A stretch of DNA of 64,000 bases from Fimicolochytrium jonesii. Lineage: Eukaryota. A model generated the notes under the pieces. The model saw nothing but the letters and a program-made list of their open reading frames with translations, ran no database searches and was not told the origin of the DNA. This document shows, one piece after another, positions 10,877 to 23,386 of the stretch; position 1 is the stretch's first letter; every line of letters starts with the position of its first letter. The DNA lies in the NCBI RefSeq assembly GCF_025526975.1, contig NW_026515689.1:124001-188000 (forward strand). The letters are read 5' to 3'. The position numbers and the translations under genes are program-made.

Positions 10877-12660
10877 TTACAATTGCCTTGTGGTTTTCGG
10901 TTTCTTCACTGCGGGGGTTTTGGGAGGCAGAAACGACGGACGCCTAGCGGGATCTGCCCTTGGCTGGTAGCGATCCATCTGAACTCTAATCTCCGTCAGC
11001 CGACTCATGATTGCTGACCCGGTGGCAATTGCCGTCGCCACTTCCGCGTCTCGCCCAGAGGTGAGGCACAGGGGGATGGTCCAAGTGCCTACTTCCACCG
11101 CCAAGAAGACTCCGCAATGTAGGTACAGCTCAAAGATCGTGCCCTCATTGCCGGAGAAGGGGATGCATACCTTCACAGGAGTGCTCTGTGGAGAGTATAG
11201 ATGCATATCGATTTTGAGGTGTTCCATGCTGTGGAAGATTGATCGTCCCACGTCCTTTTTCTTAGCTGCAGAACCTGCCCACTGAGTTTTGACTTCCCAG
11301 CAGGCCATCCCCCTGTTATTGGCGTCGTGGACAAAGAAATCGGGCCGGTTGTTGTCGTAGTTGGTGGCATTGTCGTACTTCCAGTTCAACGCTGGATCTG
11401 TGAGGAGATGAAAGTATGGCAGCAGCAACTTTGCGCACCAAGTTGGCTCATTAGTGGTGCGGTCCGGCTTCTCCGCTTTCAAATTGTGGAACAGGGTGTC
11501 CAACACCACCCCAACAGCACCCTGTTCGAGATTGGTGTCATCTTCAACACGAGCACGGAAGCCGACACCCGCCTTCTTCGCCGCGATCATCCTCTTGGCT
11601 TCGATCCGCGCTCGGCTCCACAACGTATCATCCTGCTGAAGGACACGGTTTTCAAAGAAGCTTCGCAGCGAGGCCCACTCCTTGTTGCTGAAGGCTTTGT
11701 CCCACAATTCGGCCTTTGCCTCAGTCAGAACCAGACAGCTGCAACTGAGCAAGTGTTCCTCGCTGTGCACCTCTACGGTCGCTTGTGAATCGGTGATCTT
11801 TCTGAGGAGAGCTTTTTGCATCTTGCGGATTGCTGCAACGAGGTCAACGCCGTTAAGCACCCACTCCTTCCCCTTCTGAGCTTTTATGGCACTTCTCAGA
11901 CGGGCAACCACCTCACCCTCTGGCTCAGTCTGGGACACATTGCTGGTCTCGGACACATCGCTCATCTCAGACTTGGACGGACTGAGCTGGCAAACTCCGA
12001 AACCAAATTTCAATGCAGGAGTCCCGCATTGGCGAGAAGGGGCCAAAGTAGAATTGTTTTGGCGGGAGCTGTTCCCAACGGTCCCATGGGCTTTGGAGGG
12101 GGTGGTGTTCGCGGGATGCTCAATTCCTGCTTTCCGGTAATGATGTCGGTCTTCCGCATGCTTCTGGTTTTCCTTATCGTCCTTTGCCGCGTCCTCGTCG
12201 TCCTCGTCTGATTCCTTATCGTCGTCCTCGTCATCATCGTCATTCTCTTCTTCTTCCTCGTCATCGTGACTCTCATCCTCCTCCAACTCCTCCGCCTTCC
12301 GCTTTCGACCAACAACTCCGCCGACCAACACCTCGTGGCTTCTGGCGAGAGCCGAGTGCGCATCCACAACCTTGGCTACACGACTGTCCCCCTTCTCGGC
12401 AACGAATTGATTCTTGCTCTACAAATGCGAACAAATTGATAAACCTGTCTCATTCTTCGTTTGTTGAAGGGTCTGGTCTCACGTACGTGTAGGAGTTTGT
12501 GGAGTTTTCTGAGCTGTCTCTGCTTCTTAGTTTGAGAGGATTTTTTGTCATCCTTCCACCTCGCGACCTTCTTTACGTTGCTCCTGATGACGGCGGTAAA
12601 GTCCTCCCAGGTCCCTGACGGCGTCCGCTCGAAGAATTCCTCTATCGTATCCGGCCACAT
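10877..12660 (-). CDS. PD-(D/E)xK restriction-endonuclease-fold protein with acidic tract; exons 12660-12487 and 12418-10877 (~571 aa)
   Basis: Phase-0 intron GTACGT...TTGTAG (12486-12419) joins two ORFs without a stop. C-terminal RPDFFVHD...ACWEVKT...KKDVGRS...GVFLAVEVGTWTIP. Confidence 0.7.
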
Positions 12661-12689
12661 TGTTGCTATTGTTTCGGGAAGTGTTCGCT

Positions 12690-12720
12690 GGTACGATGTG
12701 GGTACGATGTGGGTACGATG
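12690..12720. repeat. 11-bp tandem repeat (GGTACGATGTG, ~2.8 copies) just upstream of the nuclease-fold gene
   Basis: GGTACGATGTG GGTACGATGTG GGTACGATG. Confidence 0.85.
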
Positions 12721-13060
12721 GACAGAGATGGACAGGGTCCATTCGCGTAAGAAGGGAGTTCGGACACCAAACGCGTTCGGACAATAATATCACGTGACCT
12801 CTCGATATTGTAATGCGTAATGGCCCCGTCCGAGCTTTCACCTTCGTCCTTATCGGCAATCCCAGATTCCACCCATCACCCATATAATACGCTGCTCTAG
12901 CGTTCTGCACCGCAACAACCCTCCGCCTTCCGCCTAACCCTGAAGCTAAAGCGACCGCAACGAACACTAGGACAGTGCCCCAGCTCTCGTTTGCGTGTAC
13001 AGAAGATAAGTGTGTAGATGAACGCGTGCAAAGCCAGGAGGCTTCGTGGAAGCTGCTTGT

Positions 13061-13411
13061 AGCAGAATGGGATTGTTCGTCATGGGCCTCGTGCAGGTCG
13101 GGTCGGGTAACCCTGGCAAGGTTTCGTGGATGCGTAGCACTTGTCCGAAAGAGAGGTCCCTAGATAGTCGGAAGCGACTTTGTCTAGCATAAGATCGACT
13201 CTTTCCGAGTCTTCTGGAATGGCTCCCCTGAAGAAAGCAGACTTGAGCGTGAAGCGCTGCCTCTGAGCAGAACGGGATTGCTCGTCATGGGTCTCGTGCA
13301 GGTCGGGTCGGGCAACCCTGGCAAGGTTTCGTGGATGCGTAGCACTTGTCCGAAAGAGGGGTCCCTAGATAGTCGGAAACGACTTTGTCTAGCATAAGAT
13401 CGACTCTTTCC
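13061..13411. repeat. 146-bp direct repeat, 2 copies (13061-13206 and 13266-13411)
   Basis: Both copies run AGCAGAA(T/C)GGGATTG...GATCGACTCTTTCC, with 6 mismatches counted by eye. Confidence 0.92.
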
Positions 13412-14437
13412 CGCTCATGTTCTGTGGGGGAACGCTAGCTTTTTCTTGATCTGGCATAAGCGATCCTCAACTTACCTCCCGCATTGGCATCATCAACAGA
13501 CAAGTCGTAGTCGTCGTCTCCCTATAAGTCCGCTCATTTCGCTTCCGCAAAACGAACGCATCCCACTCCCCTCTTCGTTCGCGACATCTGAGGTCCTTGC
13601 GAGCTGCAGCTGTTGATTGATGGAATACCCGTAGGCCTGGCGGAGAAACTCGGTAGGGATGGTCTTCGTTTCCGAATGCACGTTGACAGAACAGGGAATA
13701 ACCATTTCTCTCTGTCTCCCTCCCTCTCCTGGGTCACTATCAACAGCGTCATGGGGGTTTCGATCTGCTGGACTGCGTTACACGATGGTATCCTACAGTA
13801 ATCACACGTACATGTACCTGTACATGCAGCAGCTCATAGGCAACTATCGAAAGCTTCTCAGAGAGAGAGAAAGGGGCAGTGCAGGGAGTGCGCCATGATG
13901 TGCTGGGTGTCGGTAAGTCATACCGCCCGTCCATTCGCACCATCGAAGGGCTCATCGCAAACATCATATACTCTTCCTACAGACGCCCAATCAAAACCTC
14001 TATAGATACCTGTACGTCCGCTTCTCGCACCAATGGATGGAACGAAGGAGACCTAGGAACGTGCCAAATAGAAGGGGGGAGTGATTCGTTCATATGAGCT
14101 GGGTGGATCTTCCATCCTGAGGTTCGGGCGTAGCTAGGAATGCATAACTCGCGGAAATCCAACTTGCCTGCCTCTATTTCGTCCATCGGCCGGGTTCAAA
14201 CTCCTTTGTCTGAGCGCATTGCATGAGTTCTTTAATTCCCTTTGGCTATTGCCACACCCAAATTGGATCACTTCCAGGCTGAGTTCCAGGTACTTTGTCG
14301 GTGCTTTTCCTGGCATGCGTTGGAACCAATCACCAAAGAACCTCCTGAGCGCGTCGTCACCGAATTTCAAGGTGACTCTGTTGTAGAACTCGTTACTCTA
14401 TTCTTCCTCACACACATCGCCAGAACAAACCACCCCA

Positions 14438-16546
14438 ATGATGGCAACTACCGTCCTCCCAAAGCCGGAGGTCAAGGTCCCGTCCTTCAACGAAGTTAGT
14501 CGCCATAATATTATAGGTCTGCAAACTCAGATACGCAGTACGCTCGACAAGGCCCACCACGTCGCCATAGACTGTGAATTCACAGGGCTGGGAAGTACTA
14601 AGAACACTAGAGCTACGTGAGTATTGAGAAGGAGCGAGGCGGTGAGAGAGCGAAGATGCGGGTGTTGCAGAGAGAACGCAAGAGCCTCCGCGGACTTGTT
14701 GGAAGGGCGCAGGAGTTCGGGCGCAGGAGTCCGAGCGAAGCGAGGGATGCTTGAGGATGGCGAGCAGTAGCGAGCCGCAGGTGCGGGCAAGGCCCGCTAA
14801 TTGCACCGTAAGGTGCAAGGATTACTTGAAGAACTGCGCCGCCGGCGCAAGGGATGCTTGAGGAGCCTCGACACAAGCGACTCTCGAGACTTCCTGTCGC
14901 AAGCGAAGCGAGCGGGATGCCGTTCGCTGTGTGGTGTTGGTATGGCTGGCTAACTCACAACGCTCCTCGATTCAGAAACATAGAAGAGCGATATGCGGCA
15001 CTCGTGGACGTGGCATCCAACCATGCAATGGTATCCTTTGGACTGTCCGTCTTTGAGGCAACCGACCCTGCGCCGCGGATACCCGACTCCCAAAAAACGA
15101 GCGTAGAATATGCATACAAAGTGCATAACTTCAATTTCTTAATGTTGAAGAGCACGATGTTTAGCGTCTCGCCGGATAGCGCCATCTTTCTTGTCGACAA
15201 TGGATTTGACTTCAACAAACAATATCGCGACGGCATCTTCTTTACTGCTGGGAATGATCCCATTGTCGAGGTAAGTATTTGAAAGCGTTCACGCCCATTG
15301 GACACACATTCTAACCAGAAGTCTCCATCGTTCCTAGGAAAACGGGCATCCCCCAGCACATGCAGACACAAACCAGATCATGCGCAACATCTTTCTCCAC
15401 ATCATAACGCGCAACGTGCCCATCGTGGTCCACAACGGCTTGCTGGACTTGCTTTTCATATACCACTCGTTGTACGCAGAATTACCCAAAACACTGGAGG
15501 TCTTCGTCGCCGACCTCTCGGATATGTTTCCAGCTGGCATCTACGACACCAAGTACGTGTCGGACTATGTGACAAAGGAGAAGGCCAGTTTCCTCGCGTA
15601 TCTGTTTCGGAAGTAGTGAGTTCGGAAGACTGCCATGTGTTCTACACGATCGAACTTTGTCGCTGATCAAATAGACATCTTCTAGCGAGCGCGAACAAGC
15701 AGCTGCGAAGATCGAGGGCAAAAGCGCACATGTAACCTGTGCAATAGAAGACAGGATGTCGGTGGTTGAGGAGAAGTGGCGGCCGCCTCCATCCGGCAAG
15801 CGAAAGAAGAAGATGTATCCCGAGACGGGGAAGCCATTCTGCGAGCAATACGCGGTATGTCCAGTCCAGTCCTTCCTTCCTTGCGATGCTTTTCTTGGAT
15901 GGCAGCTCATGTGTTTCTTGATGTTCAGGCGCATGGATATTGTAACCGCGGCCGGTACTGCACAAAAAGCCACGACCTAGATCTCATCCTGGACTACGAG
16001 CTGGGAGTGATCTCGCCAACCAGCAAGAAACGCCGGCACTCGGATAGCCCCGGCCTTGGCCCAGACGCCGAGGCTCCGTCCCAGAACGGCATAACCGATT
16101 CAGCGCCAAAGACTCCAGCAGCTATCACAGGGGCAAAGTCAATGACTGCCTGCAAAAACCAACAAGTCGCCTTCACCTCCAGCGACACCAATACACCCAC
16201 ATCCGCCCCAACTCCTACCTCCTTCCCCTCCAGCACACCTCAACCACCCGCCGTCACACCCGACGGCACCCTCTTCGAAAAGTACCACTCGGCCTGCTTC
16301 GACGCCTACATGACGGGCTTCATATTCGCGCGGCAGATCCTCACACACACGCCCCCGCCCGCGAACAAGATGGAACTCGCAAACAAGCTGTACCTTATGG
16401 GCAAGTCGATGCCTCTGCTCGTGCAGAAGAGCGCGTTTGCGAAATTGAGCCCTGCGCATTTGGCGAAGAAGGATAAGGTGCTGTTGGCGCAGTGTGAGCC
16501 TAGGGGGCGGGCGGTCGTTGAGGGTGGCGTAGCCGGCGCTTTGTAG
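14438..16546 (+). CDS. TOE1: CAF1-family (DEDD) deadenylase with CCCH zinc finger, TOE1/Caf1z-like; multi-exon
   Basis: AIDCEFTGLG, HNFNFL, GFDFNKQY, VVHNGLLDL, IYDTKY, CCCH finger FCEQYAAHGYCNRGRYCTKSHD, HSACFDAYMTG, NKLYLMGK. Intron 1 is 14617-14975. Confidence 0.85.
14617..14975 (+). repeat. Enlarged intron (359 nt) carrying GAGCGAAGCGAG / ATGCTTGAGG repeat array
   Basis: CGAGCGAAGCGAGGGATGCTTGAGG 14732-14756; GGATGCTTGAGG 14852-14863; AAGCGAAGCGAGC 14901-14913. Confidence 0.75.
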
Positions 16547-17570
16547 GATGTGAAGGTAAATAGAACGCTCTAATTGTAAAATTAATGTCAAATTTACTTT
16601 TGGATGGCGAGCGTTTCACAAATGGTCTTCTTGTAGGTGAAATAACAATGTTGTCCTTGAATTTGAAAGGCCATCGCAATGCAAGTCAAAAACGTGAAAG
16701 ATATTCACTGTCCGAGCAGACGCGTGCGAAGCGACCAGACGCGGGAGGGAAATCATGTGTGCTGGCGGATTGGCTTCAGGTTTGGCTTGGCGCGCGGGGG
16801 TGACAGGGGCGGGTGCGGATGAATATCGTTGTTCGTTAGGCTCGTGAGGTCGGGATGAAAGAGGGCTTCTTGGCTTCTGCGGAAGGGCTCAAGATGCTGC
16901 AGGAAACTCAAGGCCGTAACCAGTGAAGTGATATGATCCCATCAGGACCTCACGAAACTCCGACTCCAACACCGACTAACAAAAAGGAAACAAAGGGCAA
17001 CGGAGCAAGACAGCAATCGTTCAAACACACCAAAACGCAAGGGAGATGGGGTGGCGGGCGGGGGGTTCCTTTCGCTGTTCATGACAGGTTTCACTTTGTT
17101 ATGTCGGGGATGTACATAGCTCAAGTATATCTGGAATGCAACCACTGCCGCAAAGAACGCGTGCCCAAATGTCCGGTAAACGTAGTGCGGTGCCGACTAG
17201 TTTTTGACATTTCCTATAATCGTTAGTTGACCGTAGACTATAGATGAATTTGTTGATGCAGACTGATGATGTACGTCCGAGGAGGAGCAGGTGATATGCA
17301 TGTGTGTGGAGGTCGGGATGTATCGGAGCACTGTAAACTGTAAAAGTCAAACCTGGATTGCGTTCTCTTGTCCTCCACACACTGTGAATGCCGTTATGAC
17401 TGAGGCTAGATTGATATGGTGGCTTGCAAACGAGGCCCATCAACCAAAATATGATTTCGTTTGCACATAACCGTCGAGTGCGAGTTCTATAGCCATCTCT
17501 CCAGTCAGTGAAGTGAGTCCCCCGATGTGACAGCTCGTCGCTTGCATTTCACAAAAACCGCCTCACCACC

Positions 17571-18377
17571 TCATTTCTTGAGAAACCACACCAAATCCGT
17601 CTGATACGGAAAATCATGCACGCGGCGTACTCCATCCCTTTCTCTCACCTCCCTCCACACCACATCGGGCCCTCTCAAAATCTCCCTCACCCTCCTCTCC
17701 AACTCCGTCTGCGTCCCTTCATCCAGACACGAAATATAACTCTTGCTCAAAATCCTCAACCACGACTCCTCCTCCGTATACTGCACGATCCGCTCAAACG
17801 ACACCTCCCTCTTCTCCGTAAACAAAGCTTTCACGCTCGTATCCTCAAACACCTTCCGCCACAAACCGAGACGATACTGCGGCGTGCCCATCTCGTACTG
17901 CTCATACAACTCCCGGAGCTGCCCCGACAACCCTGAAGGCGACTCCAGGTTCCAGATCAACGCACACCCCCCACCCGGTTTGAGCACGCGATGGATCTCG
18001 CGGAGAGCTGCGGGGGTCGCGAACCAGTGGAATGCCTGTGCGATGCAGACCGCGTCGAACGATGCATCTGGAAATGGGATACCCTCCGCCGTCCCCTCCA
18101 CAATCGTCACATCAGGCACCACCTCCCTGAACTGCGCCCGCATAGCTTCCACAGGTTCTACCGCCACCAAGCGTTTGAATCTGAACGGTGTAAGCAGGCG
18201 GGTGAGTTTACCCGTCCCCGCGGCGAGGTCCAGGACATGGCATTCTGAAGGCTGCGTGGACAGACGCGGGAGGGCGTGTTGGGTAAGGTGGGTGACGACG
18301 GTGGGGGGGTAGGAGGGGCGGGCGCGTTCGTAGGCGGTGGATTGGAGGTTGAAGCCTTGTGAGGCGATTGTGTGCAT
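17571..18377 (-). CDS. Class I SAM-dependent methyltransferase (Methyltransf_11), intronless
   Basis: YERARPSYP, VLDLAAGTGKLT, AVEP, FDAVCIAQAFHWF, IHRVLKPGG. In-frame upstream ATGs (18488/18500) could add a targeting peptide. Confidence 0.9.
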   Translation of the reverse strand: MHTIASQGFNLQSTAYERARPSYPPTVVTHLTQHALPRLSTQPSECHVLDLAAGTGKLTRLLTPFRFKRLVAVEPVEAMRAQFREVVPDVTIVEGTAEGIPFPDASFDAVCIAQAFHWFATPAALREIHRVLKPGGGCALIWNLESPSGLSGQLRELYEQYEMGTPQYRLGLWRKVFEDTSVKALFTEKREVSFERIVQYTEEESWLRILSKSYISCLDEGTQTELERRVREILRGPDVVWREVRERDGVRRVHDFPYQTDLVWFLKK

Positions 18378-18845
18378 TGGGTGATGAGGGGTGGGTTTGA
18401 AAGGTGTGAGATGCAGAGGGGCGGTGTATTGTGAATGGCGTTTGCTGTAGGTTGCGAGGGAAGACGAGGCTAAGCGAGTCCAGCGCATGACGGGGTCCAT
18501 CAAGCGGGCCCCCTGAGTACTAATACACACGTGCTCAGAACGATGGTGGGTGACGCTCGGCCGGTTGGGATTCCCTGTCAGATGGCAGGATGGGCAGGGA
18601 TGCAGAGGGAGACGGCTGGAGACGTGGGGATCACGCGTCGAGATGCCAATAGGTCATCGACAGAACTGAATGTGATGCCGACCGATATGCAGGGCCCCTT
18701 TCTCGTAGACTACCCTCGCAAACTTGATCTCTGTACAATTACGACGATAAAGAGCTAGATCCAGATCCACCTAAGAATGGTCTATGATTCTACGTCTGCT
18801 TCCCTCTACGTCTAACAATGATGAGGCAAATGAACATCAACGCCG

Positions 18846-20443
18846 CTAAGTCCTCCGCACCCCGCTCCCAAAATCCACATACACCGACCCCGAATTCCCA
18901 TTGAACTCCAACCGCTGCTTGCCCAATCCATCCCCCACATGGCCAACCCTAACCACGGGATACCCCGGAAAATGTGGCAACGGAAACCCCTTCTCCAAAT
19001 GCACATCCTCCCCGCTGACCTCCGCCTCGCCGCCCGAGACCATAAACGTGCCCAAGAACGCGTCACGGAACTGCAGCTTTGCGTCCCCATAGATGAAGAA
19101 GCCGTCGATATTGGACGGCTTGGGCTTGTCACGGATCCAGCCAATGGACAAGTCGATGTCACCAAGGTACAGCGCCATGCTGAACCTGTGCGCGGAGACA
19201 GAGACTTGGCCCGTGATCCCGCCGTAGTTGGCGCTAGAGCCCGCGACGAGACTGATGTTTTGTGCGATCATGTTCCCAGCAACAGTAAGATTGCCGCCGA
19301 CCATACCGAGCCCTCCAATCGTGCAGTCGATAGACCCGGTGGCTTGGATGCCCTTTGCGAGGTGGATGTTGCCGCCAAAGTTGGTCAAGTCGACCGATGA
19401 TTCGGCTTGCAGGTTCTGTACAGGGAATGGTCAGCGGAGGGATCCATTGAGAGTGGGCGAAGGGGAACACGCCCACATACCTCCAAGACAGTAATGTCCC
19501 CGCTAAAAGTGAAGACGTCGGCATAGTCCAGATGCACCGGCCGTCCATTCACGCCGATCCGCACGTCCATATAGTTCGTAGCGAGAACATAAAGACCTAA
19601 CCGCTTACTCGCCCCGGCGGGAATGTCGAGGTAGATATCGGCCGTGACACAGTCTGCGGGGCTCTGAGACGCCTGAACGAGGAGAGTGAACATGCCGTTG
19701 GTGCGCTCGATTGTCCCACTGATGTCGATGTCGGACGGTATGGTGTTGTGGACTTGGAATCGGGTGGAGAGGGTGACAGAGCGCGCGTCGGATTCGGTGA
19801 TGAAGAGGTGTCCGAGTGCAACCCCGTGGACCGTTATGTTTACTCCGGAAATAGATGCAGGATCAACACTCCAGTGGTCCGGAGACGGAAAGTAAGGGAT
19901 GAGGTTTGCGGGATCGCAAAGGTTGTCGTCGGGACCGTATGGCTTTGCTGGGACCGTCTGCTGAGCGATGCTTGGTGGGAAGGCATGGTGGTCGCGCTTG
20001 AAGATAAAGACGGGTTGTGCGATGAAAAGAACCGTCAGACCATCAAGAACGATCAACCCATCATCCCACAGAGGTCAACCATCAACCACCCATCAACCAA
20101 ACAATACCGTGCTCGCTCCGCTCGCGATAAGATGTTGGGCGAGAGATGCAAGAACGAACTGGGGTCACTGACGCTCGCCTTCTCCCCGCTTCGCTCGGCC
20201 CTCAAGCATTCTCCTCGCTATCGCTCCGCAATCATCGCTCACTTCGTTCCACGCACGCGTACTCACCAAATTCGACCCCAACAGCACAAACAACAGCACG
20301 CACAACGCCACTACCATCACCACCCACGTCCGTTTGGTGAGTCCAGCGGGCGCAACAGTAGATCGCCTGCGGTTGTCCGGAGTCGGGGTGATGAGCGGCG
20401 TGTGTTTCTCGCCTCCTAAGAGCGGGGAAAGGTCGTCGGACAT
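18846..20443 (-). CDS. Single-pass membrane protein with beta-rich (adhesin/DUF4097-like) domain; 3 exons
   Basis: N-terminal SPLL motif, then TM WVVMVVALCVLLFVLLG. Introns 20266-19997 and ~19481-19422 restore the frame. Repeated GxI beta-strand motifs (SGDITV, GGNIHL, TGSIDC, LGDIDL). Confidence 0.6.
19997..20266 (-). repeat. Enlarged intron (270 nt) carrying the same repeat on the minus (sense) strand
   Basis: Minus strand TAGCGAGGAGAATGCTTGAGGGCCGAGCGAAGCG (20220-20187) and GCGAGCGGAGCGAGC (20125-20111). Confidence 0.75.
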
Positions 20444-21789
20444 CTTGGAGTCTGCCAGCCCGAGCAAGGAGAGATGAGGTACTGGTTGGAAGCTGCTGGG
20501 CTCGGAAGAAGGGGCCTATGTACTGTAGGTATGCGAGGCCCTTGAGAGCTCTGCACGCAGTCCACACGTCGCCAAGCCCATGTCACCATGGTCCATGTCC
20601 AAGTGCGAGAAAAGTGCACACCTCCTCCAGATAGATCCAAGTGATGATGAGGCTCACGGAACACGAACGTCAACGCGCAACTACGTACAGTACACACACT
20701 CATGTTCAACTTCTTGGCCCACGGCAACTTGAACTCATGTCCATGTCATAACCCCCTTTCTGATGGGTCTCTGCTGAGGTTGTTATTAGCTGGTGGGGTG
20801 ACAGGTCCAGATCACAGGAACGGACGCCCGCAAACGCCGCCAAGCTTCCCCCAGCGACCCATCCCCCCCCTACATGAGAAATCCGCCTCAAATCCTTCGC
20901 AAATTGCCCGCCTAACCCGTCAAAGGGAGCCACTGATGGCACGACCTTACCGCCAAAGGCCAAGACGGAGTTTTCGTGGACACGAAAATGGGTGGGCACG
21001 GAGCATGTTGCCATTGATGAGAAGGATGGACAAGAGGACCGAGCTTGATCTATCGATTGCAAGCAAAGGCAGCGATATCGAACGGGGGCCGAATTTGAAA
21101 TGACACGATGGAACAACACCACCTACGTAATGTAAACTTACTGTATGCAATATGTTGTTCCCTTGCTCGCCGCGCGTTGCGATGGGCGCCCCGATATGGA
21201 TAGTGGTGTCCAGGAGAGGAGGGCGGTCGGGCTTGCACATGCTTGGAATTTGCTGGAGAGACGCGACAGACCGCATTCCAAGAACAATATTCTATCTTGC
21301 GGCACGTTGTACAGAACTTGATGGAGAGAACGCAAGGCGCAATCGATGGTTTGTCATCCAACATGAACGTCAACACTTCCCTCTGCCCGCTAACCGTGTA
21401 TAGTAGGCCTATCACTTCGCCTCTGTCCATGTTTCGTAATTCGAATGAATCCCGTTGTGTGATGTGCGTCCCTCCAAATGTCTTCAGAATCTCAGATTAG
21501 ATCTCTCAGAAGTGTATATGTACAGTATACAGCCCTCATCGATGATGTGCGGTCATCGGCGCACTGCTAATCGTTCTACATACTGTCATACCCACGGCGC
21601 TGCCTCAGCTTTGCTTAATATGTCGTCTTGCACATTTCTCCATGTTCTCAGTTCTGGTAGCTCGACCTCGGCGAACATAAAAGACTGAGACTCGTCCATC
21701 CTTCCCTTGCGCTCCACTGCTCTACTACTACCGAAATCGTAAATCACGATACACCATCCCATTAGCGACATCTTCCCTGACTTCACAAG

Positions 21790-23043
21790 ATGACCGTGGC
21801 CATCCTCAAGAATAACGCCGTACAGATCGCGGCCAATGGCGGGCCTGAAGTGCTCGAGTTCAAGCAGCTGGATGTACCGTCCGGGCTTGCCCCGGGGGAG
21901 ATCTTGGTGAAGAACTTTGTTGCAGGTGTTAACTTTATTGGTAAGACTTGAGCAAAAAGAAGTCCTTTGATCCGCCCCCCGCTCTTTGGGCGAGTGAATC
22001 GTTGACTGACGCCGCCGCGCGGGTTCGCAGACACAAATGTCCGCAAAGGCGCAATGCCCGCCAAGCTTCCACTCACCGTCGGAATGGAAGGCGCCGGTGT
22101 CGTCGAAAAGGTCGGTGAGGGCGTCACTGACTTTGTGCCTGGGGACAAGGCCGCGTAAGTGTAAAGATATCCATGGTCCATTTCAAAGGTTCTTCTCTTA
22201 ATCAGTTGTGTTCCCCCAGCTACGTCGGCGTGAACCTCCACTCCTATGCCCAATACACCATCATCTCCGCCACAAAAGCCGTCAAGATCCCCGCCTCCGT
22301 CTCCTTCGACGCCGCCGCCGCCTCGATGATGCAAGGCCTCACCGCACACTACCTCCTCACGGACTGCTATCCGGTCAAGAAAGGCGACACGATCCTCGTC
22401 CACGCCGGCGCCGGCGGTGTGGGCCAGCTTCTGACGCAGGTTGCAGCCGCGAAGGGTGCGACGGTTATTACGACCGTGGGATCGGATGCGAAGGCGGAAA
22501 TCTCGAGGGCGAGGGGAGCGAAGCATGTGGTGAACTATGAGAAGGAGGGGTGGGAAAAGGAGATCGAGGAGATTACGGGTGGGAGGGGGGTGAATGTGAG
22601 TATACTATCTTTCATTCTGATCCTGAATATCAACACCTGACGGCCTGCTAATGTCGCTTCCTTCCTCCTCTCCCCTTCCCCTCCCAAACCAGGCCGTCTA
22701 CGACTCCATCGGCAAAAACACCTTCCCCTCCTCCCTCCACCTCCTCCGCACGCGCGGCCACCTCGTCCTATTCGGCGCTGCCTCAGGTGCCCCAGACGCC
22801 ATCCCTCCCCTCTCTCTCGGGCCCAAATCAATCACCCTCATCCGCCCCATGCTCTTCCACTACATTGAGGACACCCAGGAGTATCGAAACCGCGCACGCG
22901 AGGTGTTTGAGTGGGTGGAGCAGGGCGTCGTGGCGTTTGAGTATGTGAGGTTCCCGCTGTCGAAGGCGCGAGAGGCGCATGAGGCGCTGGAGGGACGGAA
23001 GACTGTGGGGAAGATTTTGCTGGAGGTTGAGCATGATGCTTGA
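21790..23043 (+). CDS. NADPH:quinone oxidoreductase (zeta-crystallin/Qor, ZTA1-like); 4 exons
   Basis: NGGPEVL, AGVNFID, GMEGAGVVE, MMQGLTAHYL, LVHAGAGGVG, VYDSIGK, FGAASG, LEGRKTVGKILL. Confidence 0.92.
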
Positions 23044-23386
23044 TTTCTTTGTGTATCATATCAATTACTCGTTTACATTGGAATCCAGAAATCTGCAATA
23101 TATTGGTTTGTGAACGGACGTTTGCGGGAAGTCCACTGTTCATGGGAACTGACAGGATTGGACTCTTATCATAGAGCCACACCTTTGTGCGTGGATACTG
23201 TCAATGTGCGGGCGCCCGCTGTCAGTCCGTTGCTTGCGGCGCCTCCCTCCGAATCTCGAATTTTCATTTCAACCCTCTATAAGCGAACGCCTTCGTGGGG
23301 CAACGGCATAAAAAGAGGCAGGGCAACCAACACCCCCCCCCCCCCCCGAGATTGACATCTATCTCGTGCAGAACAACTAAATAGCA

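Noticed and set aside
13061..13411. Direct repeats as LTR pair or CRISPR
   Set aside because: Only two 146-bp copies 59 bp apart, with no TG...CA ends, PBS or internal coding sequence. Eukaryotic context and no cas genes.
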